Source of the DNA: Lama guanicoe
Taxonomy: Eukaryota
Assembly (NCBI GenBank): GCA_013239625.1
Contig: MU053884.1
Span: 186,001 to 206,789 of the forward strand
DNA: 20,789 bases
Direction of reading: 5' to 3'
A model generated the notes under the pieces. That model was not told the origin of the DNA. It searched no databases and worked only from the letters and a program-made list of their open reading frames with translations. The position numbers and the translations under genes are program-made. Below, one piece after another: positions 11,111 to 20,789 of the stretch. The first letter of the stretch is position 1. Every line of letters starts with the position of its first letter.

Positions 11111-12204
11111 CCTCATCTGTCTATAACCATAATCTATATAAAGTTAACTAGTTTTGCATAAGTGTTAAACAGAGGTACATGACACACAGCGTTAGGACTT
11201 GAAGCTGATCTTCTTGGGCAAATTACGTTGCCTGTCTGTACTTTAGTTCCATCTTCTGTGACTGCCCCCGGGCCCCTCATCACAGCTGATTTCCTAGACT
11301 AGATTTTGGGAGGGAGGCTGCTGAAGGGAGTAAGAAGTAGCAAATGCTAGGGACACTGAAGAGAGAGACAAAAACATATTAAAGCCGATAATCTTAGTAC
11401 AAACAAATACCCTTAAAAGAGAAAGAATCCTGCAGTGTTTTGAGCCACTTAGATTAAGGGAAACAAAATCACGTGGACCCAAAGCTCTTGAGCATGTGAG
11501 TATTGTGGGTGGGAAGGTGTCATCAGAAAAGGGTAGAGGAAAGGTTTTTTTTTTTCCCTTGAAGTTTCCAGTAAGGATGGGGATCAGAAGTGAAAACCCC
11601 CCACTTCACATTGGAATCTGCAGTTTTGTGTAAAACTGACCAAACTTTGGGGACCAGTCATTAACGATACTGGCAAATGAAGAGACTTCTTTTTTGGGTG
11701 GGGCAATTACTGTGACTTCCAGGTGACCTGCTGGCTGGGGGCTGTGAGGGGGGAAGTAGGTTTGCAGGGTGACCCGGGCATAATCCCTGGCTCTGAGGCT
11801 GCTGGTCTGACTAGCAGACCTCGGCACCCACAGTCCTAATGGGGCGGCTAGGGTTATGGTCTGGGACACCTGCCATGCTGAGGGTGAGAAGGGGGCTCCC
11901 CTGAGGGAGTGTCCCTGTGGAGGGTGGAAAGTCCTCCTGCAGGGGAGGATGAGCCTCTGAGCAGTGGGCCGGATGCACAGGCAAGACCAGCCTGAGCATG
12001 GAGGTTTTGGTAAGCCAGAAGTCATACAGCGGCCAGAGCATCCTTGTGCCTGAGAGACTGGAGGGAAAAGATGCTGAAAAGGCAGGCTAGGTTCAGACCC
12101 TGTGGTGGGTTATGAGTGACAGTAAAGGACTGGTCAGGCAGGCATGAGAAAACCCTGTGGGCATCCCAGCTGGTGCATCACACCGGAAAGAGGTGCAGAG
12201 TTAT

Positions 12205-12290
12205 AGACTTTGCCCCTTATTAGCTATGTGACTTTGAGCAATATCACCCCACCTCTCTCTATATATATCTTAATCTGTAAAGTGACACAG
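12205..12290 (+). mobile_element. MIR core fragment
   Basis: gactttgccccttattagctatgtgactttgagcaa...acctctct...atctgtaaagtg. Confidence 0.6.
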
Positions 12291-12992
12291 TGACAAGCTC
12301 GTGTGATCAGAAGGCTTAGTTTAGCTCTGATCCTCTTTGTCCAGTCCTGTCGGTGCTGACATTCAAGGTTCTGCAGTGGCTGCTCTTAATCTGAGGTGGG
12401 AGGGCGTAGAGGGACATTATAGCACCCGAGGTCAGGAAGGGGTTGCTTTAAAAGCAGACATGTAGCCATCTGCAGCTGCAGATCTGCAGGCAGTTTGGTT
12501 GATGGTCCTGGAGAGGACTTTGGAGGACTTAGTATCATCTTAGGACTAGTTTTCCCTTGCGGACCGGATTTGTCTTTGCAGATTAATGTTGAAGATTTGG
12601 GCTTCTGGCAAAGCTGTTTTCAGAGATGGGTATATACATAACATATCGTATAAAATAAAATGCTTTTATTTAATGTGTGGGACTCTGCAAGTGTTGGGAA
12701 CTGCTTTATTGGCCTGGTCTCCACGGAAGACACTAGGGGTCAGCAGAGCATGCAGGAGGGCAGGCAGCCCTTAAGCTGCTGCGGGGGTTTCTCCCCAGCA
12801 TGGCACTTTGTTGAGTTGACTCGTCTCTGAGTTTGGTTGCCAAGTGAGCAGACAGCAAGGTAATGAGTTCCAGTGGGATTGTATAATGACAGGAAGAAAG
12901 AGGAACCCGTAGTTTTTCTGGACTAGAACACGCTTTTGGTTCCTGATCCAGTGTGTTCTGTTACAGAATTGATGAGTTTTGTCTATTCTGGG

Positions 12993-13463
12993 ACTTGATT
13001 GAAATAAGCATTCAGCCTAAAATTTAAGAATTATGTCTTATTTGGCGAGAGGACTCGAGCCGGGATGACAGCCTCTCAGATCACTCTGAGGGACTGATCC
13101 TAAGAGGTAGGGGAGGAGCTAGGATATATAGGAGCTTTACAACAGAGACCAGGCTGTTGGAACAATAAATGATTGCTTGTTATCTAAAGAAACCAGGTAT
13201 CTCAAGTTCAAGAATTTAGTGCATTTCTATGTATGGGAGGAAGCAAACATATGGATCATTGGATTCATTCCTTTGGCAAGCACCTAGCTATCTAGGGCCA
13301 GTATACTGTCCTTTCTTATTTTGAGTCTACTCAGAAGGCACCACTGTGAGTGGCTGAGAGGCTAGGCTGCAGGCATGTCCTCGCTGGGGGGAGGCAGCAG
13401 CCGCTGATGTCTTGGTTTCAGCATTCTTTGTTTACTAACATGGTTGCAGTATTTTCATTCACA
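12993..13463 (-). mobile_element. 3' LTR of the provirus
   Basis: Aligns with 19118-19398 (about 38 substitutions and 3 gaps over ~280 nt by hand). On the minus strand it starts TGTGAATGAAAA (13463) and has a TATATA box at ~13125-13131. The outer terminal dinucleotide is mutated. Confidence 0.88.
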
Positions 13464-13483
13464 TTGAATTATTTTGATTAACA

Positions 13484-13497
13484 TTGCTCCCCCTTGG
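13484..13497 (-). other. Polypurine tract (PPT)
   Basis: Minus strand reads AAGGGGGAG-CAA directly before a TG LTR-like terminus. Confidence 0.75.
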
Positions 13498-13783
13498 TCC
13501 TTAATTTGACCAATATTTTGAGAGACATTTCATGCCCAATTTTGTCCCATGGTGCTAGGATGTCTCATTCCTAGTTCAGGTGAAGAATCGTCTCAGCTGC
13601 CATTCAAGGTGTTAGGTTATTTATCAGGACCTGTTGATACAAAAAGTTCTCTGGATCGCCTGTCTTACTAGTTTATTATGATCCAGGAAATGTTTACCCT
13701 TTGTTGCTCATTCCCATGTCAAGAATCACAATATTAAAATTATTTTATGCAGGGTTATAAATTTTATATATTTCTTCAAGATG

Positions 13784-13918
13784 TTAAGCCATCATCAATT
13801 TTGTAGGCCTAGTTACACAATGGGAAATATAACAGACAACAATTTTATAAAATAGACAGGATATAAATAATACAGCTAGTAACGTTAATGAAGCCACGAG
13901 TAAGTATTTAATAGTCAA
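13784..13918 (-). pseudogene. Probable env transmembrane-anchor/cytoplasmic-tail remnant
   Basis: Minus-strand frame LTIKYLLVASLTLLAVLFISCLFYKIVVCYISHCVTRPTKLMMA* is a hydrophobic span lying just upstream of the PPT, where the env TM ends. There is no upstream ATG in this frame before the preceding stop. Confidence 0.5.
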
Positions 13919-14394
13919 GAAGTTAAATTTTTGGGTTAAAATTTTGCTTGTGTTTCTGATTGAGTTTGAATGATCCTATGAGGAATTTCATATTTATGGT
14001 CAGAGTCAGAGCAGGTATTTATTGGCCAGGTGAGGTCTTCCACCTTGTAAGATCAACAGTGGCCTAAACAGAACTATAATTTCTTTTTAGAATAATGTTT
14101 CTGAGGGCTATCTAGTTAGAGACTTGGAGTAGGGAAACCCACCAAGGTAACACAGAAGTACTAGACATAGGTAATTTACCATAAACTTAACAATTGGTGT
14201 AGTTCATAATCAAAGGTAGGAGAAATTATCAAAGTAACTGGTATACAGGCCTGGTCCGGTGTCTTGGGTCAGCTGTCTACCTCAGATATCATCTTCTTCT
14301 CATCCTGGCCTGGTAGCTTTTTTTCCATTTGGGCGCTGTTTTAAGGTGAGCAGTGCTCTGTAGGCCAGTGCACTGCAGGGGCTGTGTCTGATAG

Positions 14395-14551
14395 GAAATG
14401 AATCTGAAAGTCCGTTTCCTTCAGCTTTGGTGTGTATGGTCTAGTAAAGAGTACTTGATAAAGGGTCCTTCCATTCAGGTTTAAGACAATTCTTTAAGTC
14501 ATGCCTGTTCCAGTATGTATAATCCCCTGGCTGCAGGTCATGGGGCATTGG
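14395..14551 (-). pseudogene. pol integrase C-terminal domain remnant (GPY/F region)
   Basis: Minus strand reads PMPHDLQPGDYTYWNRHDLKNCLKPEWKDP-[+1]-YQVLFTRPYTPKLKETDFQIH, matching the gamma-like integrase motif HxLQPGDxVxxK...LxPxWKGPYxVLLT...WIH, with one frameshift. Confidence 0.85.
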
Positions 14552-15551
14552 AACTTTACCGAAGGATAGATTACTGAGCTTCAGAAACAAACCTAATGTA
14601 TCCTTTTCATAATTCAATTATACTTTACAGCAATGTGACATAACAGCAAGGAATGATCTGGGAATTGTCTTAGTAAATATAGACCTCAATTAACCAAACT
14701 AGAATTTAATACCCACTAAAATATAATCTTTTTTCTCTGTAAAGTTACCCTCATTTTTCTCAAATATAGCCAAATCAAGATTAATTTGTTTACAAGTTTA
14801 GTCTGATTATTTGATCATATAGGCTTTTTTAAATTGGCTGTGTTGGAACTTTTAATAAGAAGTCTCAGGGTAGAATGTAAATAAGGTTTGTTAAGCCCAG
14901 GAAAGCCACATATATTGCTTGTCTTGGATTTCTGCCTTACAGATTTAGGTAAATTCTTTTCTCTTTAAAATCCTTCAAATACCTTGAGATTCCTATGTCT
15001 GTTAGGAGATGATCTTCCTCATTTGTCTGATAGAGCCACTGGGGACCTAAGGGTTTTTAGTCTCTTGAGGGATCAGATAGAGAGAAAAGTTAACTGTTCC
15101 AAGTCTGCTTAAATAGGTATAATTTATCAAATTGCTGTGAATCATAACTAGCTTAAGAGGAAGAGTTTCTTTATGTCTGGGAAACAGGTTAAAACCCAGT
15201 GTATTTCTAACAAAATTAAAAATTATAACCATATTCATCAGTTTACTCAGTCCCACGTAACTAATTCTTTTAATCAGAGTTTTCATTAGACCTTTAAAAT
15301 TTCCTACTGAGTTTAGTTCAGTGCTATAGTTTGAAATTTATTAGAAATCAGTAAATCTCCTTGAATAGAAAGCATTTTGCAAAATCATCATGAGAAAACA
15401 ATTAACTGTCTAAATGACAAAAGAAACCATTACACTTGATAAAGAAACCTGGTCACTATAACCAGAAATATGACTGGTAACATTTCAGATATACCAGAAT
15501 TTTAGGGAGTCCATATAATTTCTAGAATATCTATATTAATAATATAATATT

Positions 15552-15617
15552 NNNNNNNNNNNNNNNNNNNNNNNNNNNNNNNNNNNNNNNNNNNNNNNNN
15601 NNNNNNNNNNNNNNNNN
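15552..15617. other. Assembly gap (66 N)
   Basis: Run of N. Confidence 1.
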
Positions 15618-17505
15618 TCAATGGTAAAGGCAGAACAGATCAGTTAAGTGGTATAAGATGTTTTACAATTTGTTACTGAAAGTGTATAAACATTTTAAGA
15701 AAATTTTGTCCTCTTAACAGAGAGAAAACCAAATCTAGTCTTGTACCAGCTTACTTCTAAGATTCATTTACATTGCCCAATTTGATTCTAAACTTAGCCA
15801 TTTCCGACCACGTACAAAACTCTTTCCTCAGGATTCCTCTTCCACAAGCCTTCCACAGCTTTCTATACTCATATTAGTGTGTCCCTTATTTTCTCTTCCA
15901 TTCAGACGTAACCAGCTTCAGGAGAAAGTCACTATTTTTCATTAACAAAATATAATTCCATTCTTATATCTTCCTTTACATATTTATCTTACTTTCCTAG
16001 GATACTGATATCATTCCCTTAATAATACAGACTATTTCAGGGTGGCACCAACTATTTATTGATATTTCTAAACACCTTTAGTTTCTCTGTAAGAGGAATT
16101 TAAATGTTAAGTAATTCATATTTCAGTCTTATTTTATCTGAAAATGGCATAACTATTTAATAAAATCCTATCATTTAACTTAATTTAGCACAGCTCTAGA
16201 ATTTAAAGATACAAAACTTTTAGAGATTGTCTTAAGCATACATTTTAAAAATATATTTTAAAAATATACCCAAAGCTCTCATTTCATTTGCATTTAAATT
16301 ACTTAAAATTTTACCACACAACATTACTATATTTTTCTCTTGACAAATCTGCAACACTTATAACGTGATCTTATTTGACTTTCATTAAACCTAGGTATAG
16401 TAAAGGTATTATACTTAATATTGATGGCTTTAAAGATGTCTCTATTAATTAGAACATACTTAAACTAAACAATAACACATATTATCTTAATATTGAATAT
16501 TTTCCATTTCACGTGATGCTGAAGTAAATTTGGTCAGTTTCTATTTTAAAAATGCTTAATTTGTAAGCTGTTATTTTTTACGTCAATTTAGCAGAGCTCT
16601 TTGACTTTGATTTTTTTTTTTAGCTGTAGAAATATCTCACATCTATAATGTGTATGCAGGCTTATAAACAGATAAAAGCTAGAGATCTCATAGCTTCACT
16701 TTAAATCTTACTTATAAGTTAGGTATAATAATAGTTGGAGTAAGCTGAATTTGTTTGCTCAAATCACTAAGGCTTAGTATTTATGAAACAGACATTTTAG
16801 ATTTATTGACAAATTCTGAAGGATCCGTCAGAGTTATGAGTTCTAAAATGCCAAAATTTCTTTGCCTTTAAGTTTATCTCGTTGAGCAAATTAGGCTCAG
16901 TCCTAGGTCACTCTTTGCTGTATTTAATTTCTGATCTGTAAGACAAAGACAGACGCTTCCAGTTCCCCAGAGAACTACTCTGTCACCCAGGTCAAAATGT
17001 ATCTCCTAATTTGCCTTTTTGTATCAATAAGAAGAGCTGTAAACAAAGAATTCCATGTTTCAAAACTTTAAGGTTTACTTTATCTTGTCTTTGAAAGCCT
17101 TCATAAGGCATTTAGTAAGGTCTCTTTTCCTTGAGTTATAAGTAAATCCCAGGTAAGACCTCTTATTGTATTTTTTTATTAGCCACTGAATATTAGTTTT
17201 TAGTTTTACATTATATTGGACGTCTCATGTAACTCTCTTGGTTTCCTTCACTTTGTTCAATTAATATATTCTGAGGGACAGATATGTGCCCAGCCTTATA
17301 ATACCAAGAAGGGGAAGAGTCTTTCCTTTGAAACATATATATCCCACAAGATAACTAAGCAAAAGGTTTATAACAAGCCCTTTTAAATATACCAATTTTA
17401 CAAATATTTATCTCAATTTTATTAAATCTTTTACCTTTAATTTTTATATTCATTAGGTTTAATGAATAATTCTTATTTCTAGAAGGAGTGCCAGAAGATT
17501 TTTTT

Positions 17506-18650
17506 GGGGGGGGCATTGTATCTAATTTTATAGAAAAGTCCCTGGGATCCCCAAGTTTGAGCCAAAGAGCTTAGGCCCTTCTCAATTTTTAATTTGATTA
17601 ATACTTCTGTTGTCCCAATCATTGATCAAGCATTTCAGTCTATATATATATATGTCTATATATATATATATGTGTATATATATATATATATATATTGATG
17701 GCCATATGATGGATCCTAAATTTGGAAAAACTTTTAAATTGGTGAAAGTTGAAAGAGCTCTCATTATAAACAGCTGTTTTATTCGTACCTATTAAAATAA
17801 AGTTTAAAGGTAGAAAAGTATATCTAATGGGTAACCTAATTACTTAGTTAAAAAATGCTTTGAAAAGATATATAGTGATTTTAAACCAATAAGATGAAGA
17901 GGCTTTTCCACATGAGAGTGGGGGTCTGGCCTAAATAAACTTTAAAACTTTACTCTCCAAAAGCTAAAGGCCTTTGTGGTCCAGGCTGATGCATCAAAGG
18001 TTAAGATGGCAAAATGCCCGAAAATTGGTTCAATCAAATGATTATTGAGAATCCCAATTTATTTGCATGTCCACCATATGTACACAGTACTTGTACCTTT
18101 TGTATGGCAGAGTACAATGTTTCCTTAAAAAAAAAAGGAAACACATATAAACATACATACACAAACATAAAATTCCCAGAGAAAGATAAAACGTTTACAT
18201 TTCAAGGACACAGGAAGAGAAATACAAGTTCCCCCTAAAGGGGATTTTATTTTTATATGTTCAGAATTCCAAAAAATGTTTTTATCAGGCCTGGTTAGTT
18301 ACTTTCAGAGTGAGTTTTTTTTTTTTTAATTCCCAACTAACGTAAATTTTGTACATAAATAAAGCTGGCTGTGGTATTAGTTGAAGGCTGGCAATCTGTC
18401 ATTTCTTTTGGTTTGATTTTTTTTATTTTTTTTGGGTTTTTTTTTTGGAAGTTCTAGTCCACATTGTAAGGTCGGGTTCTCAGAATAAAATTGCTAGTAA
18501 GATTTCCCGCAGGGAAAACACTATAGCATGAAGTCTTTGCCTCTACCACCACTGCAAGTTTCTCTGTCACCCGAGAAAGCTGTTACCAACCAGGAGGAGG
18601 GTCCCACTTTTGGAGTTGAATGTTTCCTCATAAGAGTTTTTCTTTTATTC
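17506..18650 (+). repeat. Copy 1 of a ~1.14 kb direct repeat (ERV interior)
   Basis: Matches 19660-20789. Three ORF-track entries recur identically at offset 2154. Confidence 0.97.
17641..17695. repeat. Interrupted (TA)n microsatellite (recurs at 19795-19849)
   Basis: Seen directly; it produces the IYIYIY ORFs. Confidence 0.95.
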
Positions 18651-18982
18651 CGAAAAATTCAATGGAGGTAACCAAATTGAGGAAAACATTAGACCAGTCT
18701 CTTATCTAACCACTCAGTCCTGAACCCAGTGTCTTTCAAATTGGATCCATTAAGGACATCTCCACTTGGTGAGTATTATCCTGGTATCTTTCCACCAGCC
18801 CCACCTCAGAAGTTTCCTCAAGGTATTTCCTATTACCTTTCACCCAGGCCCCACCCAGTATGTCTCTACTTGGTGGGTAATTCCCCCCAGTCTCATTCAA
18901 CTGGAGGGCCAGGTACCTGGATACACTGCCAAGTAAAACTCAGGATCCTCAACCAATATGTCAGATCCGAGAACCAGGAGAG

Positions 18983-18990
18983 ACTCACCC
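18983..18990 (-). promoter_or_regulatory. Putative retroviral major splice donor in the leader
   Basis: Minus strand GG|GTGAGT about 105 nt downstream of the PBS, the usual position for this site. Confidence 0.55.
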
Positions 18991-19095
18991 AAATTCATCT
19001 GGACTCCCCAAGGAGGTGGATGGGCACAAAGGGCCACTGCTGGTACCAAGGCTCTGGTTACTCGGAGAGTTCAGGTGGAGAGAAGTCTGCTCTGG

Positions 19096-19113
19096 GTCCC
19101 TTCATGGTGTCCA
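19096..19113 (-). other. Primer-binding site, tRNA-Arg type
   Basis: Minus strand TGGACACCATGAAGGGAC lies 4 nt after the LTR end (...GTCAACA). It matches 15/18 of TGGCGACCACGAAGGGAC, the complement of the tRNA-Arg(TCG) 3' end as recalled. Confidence 0.8.
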
Positions 19114-19117
19114 AAAC

Positions 19118-19398
19118 TGTTGACTGAAATACATGTGCAGCTTAAAAGTTAAGAGTTATGATTTATTTGGCAGGAGGACTCGAGCCAGGATGACAGCCCC
19201 TCAGATTTCTCTGAGGGACTGCTCCAAAGATGTTGAGTAGGAGCTAGGATATATAGGAGCTTTACAACAAAGATCAGGTTGTTGGAGCAATAAAATATTG
19301 TTTTGTTATCTAAAGAAAGCCAGGTATCTCAAGTTCAAGAATTTAGTGCTTTTCTATATATGGGAGAAAGCAAACATTTGGACTCACTGAATTCATTC
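19118..19398 (-). mobile_element. 5' LTR of the provirus (partial; the U3 part falls in the gap)
   Basis: Intact terminus tgttgactgaaa (minus strand ...TCAACA), minus-strand AATAAA at ~19162-19167 and TATATA at ~19250-19255. Homologous to 12993-13270. Confidence 0.9.
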
Positions 19399-19659
19399 NN
19401 NNNNNNNNNNNNNNNNNNNNNNNNNNNNNNNNNNNNNNNNNNNNNNNNNNNNNNNNNNNNNNNNNNNNNNNNNNNNNNNNNNNNNNNNNNNNNNNNNNNN
19501 NNNNNNNNNNNNNNNNNNNNNNNNNNNNNNNNNNNNNNNNNNNNNNNNNNNNNNNNNNNNNNNNNNNNNNNNNNNNNNNNNNNNNNNNNNNNNNNNNNNN
19601 NNNNNNNNNNNNNNNNNNNNNNNNNNNNNNNNNNNNNNNNNNNNNNNNNNNNNNNNNNN
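19399..19659. other. Assembly gap (261 N)
   Basis: Run of N. Confidence 1.
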
Positions 19660-20789
19660 GGGGGGGGCATTGTATCTAATTTTATAGAAAAGTCCCTGGG
19701 ATCCCCAAGTTTGAGCCAAAGAGCTTAGGCCCTTCTCAATTTTTAATTTGATTAATACTTCTGTTGTCCCAATCATTGATCAAGCATTTCAGTCTATATA
19801 TATATATGTCTATATATATATATATGTGTATATATATATATATATATATTGATGGCCATATGATGGATCCTAAATTTGGAAAAACTTTTAAATTGGTGAA
19901 AGTTGAAAGAGCTCTCATTATAAACAGCTGTTTTATTCGTACCTATTAAAATAAAGTTTAAAGGTAGAAAAGTATATCTAATGGGTAACCTAATTACTTA
20001 GTTAAAAAATGCTTTGAAAAGATATATAGTGATTTTAAACCAATAAGATGAAGAGGCTTTTCCACATGAGAGTGGGGGTCTGGCCTAAATAAACTTTAAA
20101 ACTTTACTCTCCAAAAGCTAAAGGCCTTTGTGGTCCAGGCTGATGCATCAAAGGTTAAGATGGCAAAATGCCCGAAAATTGGTTCAATCAAATGATTATT
20201 GAGAATCCCAATTTATTTGCATGTCCACCATATGTACACAGTACTTGTACCTTTTGTATGGCAGAGTACAATGTTTCCTTAAAAAAAAAAGGAAACACAT
20301 ATAAACATACATACACAAACATAAAATTCCCAGAGAAAGATAAAACGTTTACATTTCAAGGACACAGGAAGAGAAATACAAGTTCCCCCTAAAGGGGATT
20401 TTATTTTTATATGTTCAGAATTCCAAAAAATGTTTTTATCAGGCCTGGTTAGTTACTTTCAGAGTGAGTTTTTTTTTTTTCCCAATTAAAATAAATTTTG
20501 TACAGATATAAACCTGGCTGTGGTATTAGTTGGAGGCTGGCAATCTGTCATTTCTTTTTGTTTTCATTTTTTGGGTTTTTTTTTTGGAAGTTCTAGTACA
20601 CATTGTAAGGTCGGGTTCTCAGAATAAAATTGCTAGTAAGATTTCCCACAGGGAAAACACTATAGCATGAAGTCTTTGCCTCTACCACCACTGCAAGTTT
20701 CTCTGTCACCCGAGAAAGCTGTTACCAACCAGGAGGAGGGTCCCACTTTTGGAGTTGAATGTTTCCTCATAAGAGTTTTTCTTTTATTC
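19660..20789 (+). repeat. Copy 2 of the ERV-interior direct repeat (runs to the window end)
   Basis: Apparently identical to 17506-~18315, divergent over ~20475-20650, then identical again to the window end. Confidence 0.97.

Larger units (their letters stand above)
12993..19398 (-). mobile_element. Non-autonomous ERV1-class (MER4-group-like) provirus, LTR-internal-LTR
   Basis: Two homologous LTRs (12993-13463 and 19118-19398, the latter cut by an N gap). PBS next to the right LTR and PPT next to the left LTR. The ~5.6 kb interior is AT-rich and holds only short integrase and env remnants. Confidence 0.9.

Noticed and set aside
17582..17795. IY-rich ORFs (and duplicates at 19736-19949)
   Set aside because: Translations of a (TA)n microsatellite.
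18340..18632. Possible gag matrix remnant on the minus strand (QPALFMYKIY-like)
   Set aside because: The position is plausible, but the match is too short and is broken by homopolymer runs; it needs a profile search.
18729..19127. 132-aa Pro-rich + strand ORF
   Set aside because: Antisense to the ERV leader and PBS; no known protein similarity.
19303..19776. Long ORFs spanning poly-X
   Set aside because: Artefacts of translating the N gap.
9734..20789. Next TRAPPC9 exon ([22 protein letters not shown]...)
   Set aside because: Looked for but not found; it presumably lies beyond the window or has been deleted.

Overview
Mammalian, probably camelid, genomic DNA; the taxon is inferred from a young L1 3' end at 5020-5130 that matches my recollection of the camelid L1. 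No intact gene is present. The main signal is two degenerate, intron-separated exons of TRAPPC9 (NIBP/Trs120) on the + strand, at 2701-2822 and 9610-9733. They carry an in-frame TAG, indels and many amino-acid changes, so this looks like an unprocessed (segmentally duplicated) TRAPPC9 paralogue or pseudogene, not the functional gene. Two things are unexpected: the -1 and -2 indels cancel across the splice junction, and the substitutions are strongly AT->GC biased. The introns hold old L1/L2/MIR fragments, a solo ERV1-type LTR (7915-8450) and a ~6.4 kb minus-strand non-autonomous ERV1-type provirus (12993-19398) with two LTRs, a tRNA-Arg PBS, a PPT and integrase/env remnants. After an N gap, 1.1 kb of the ERV interior recurs as a mosaic near-identical copy. 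All homology calls come from remembered sequences and manual alignment; no search was run.
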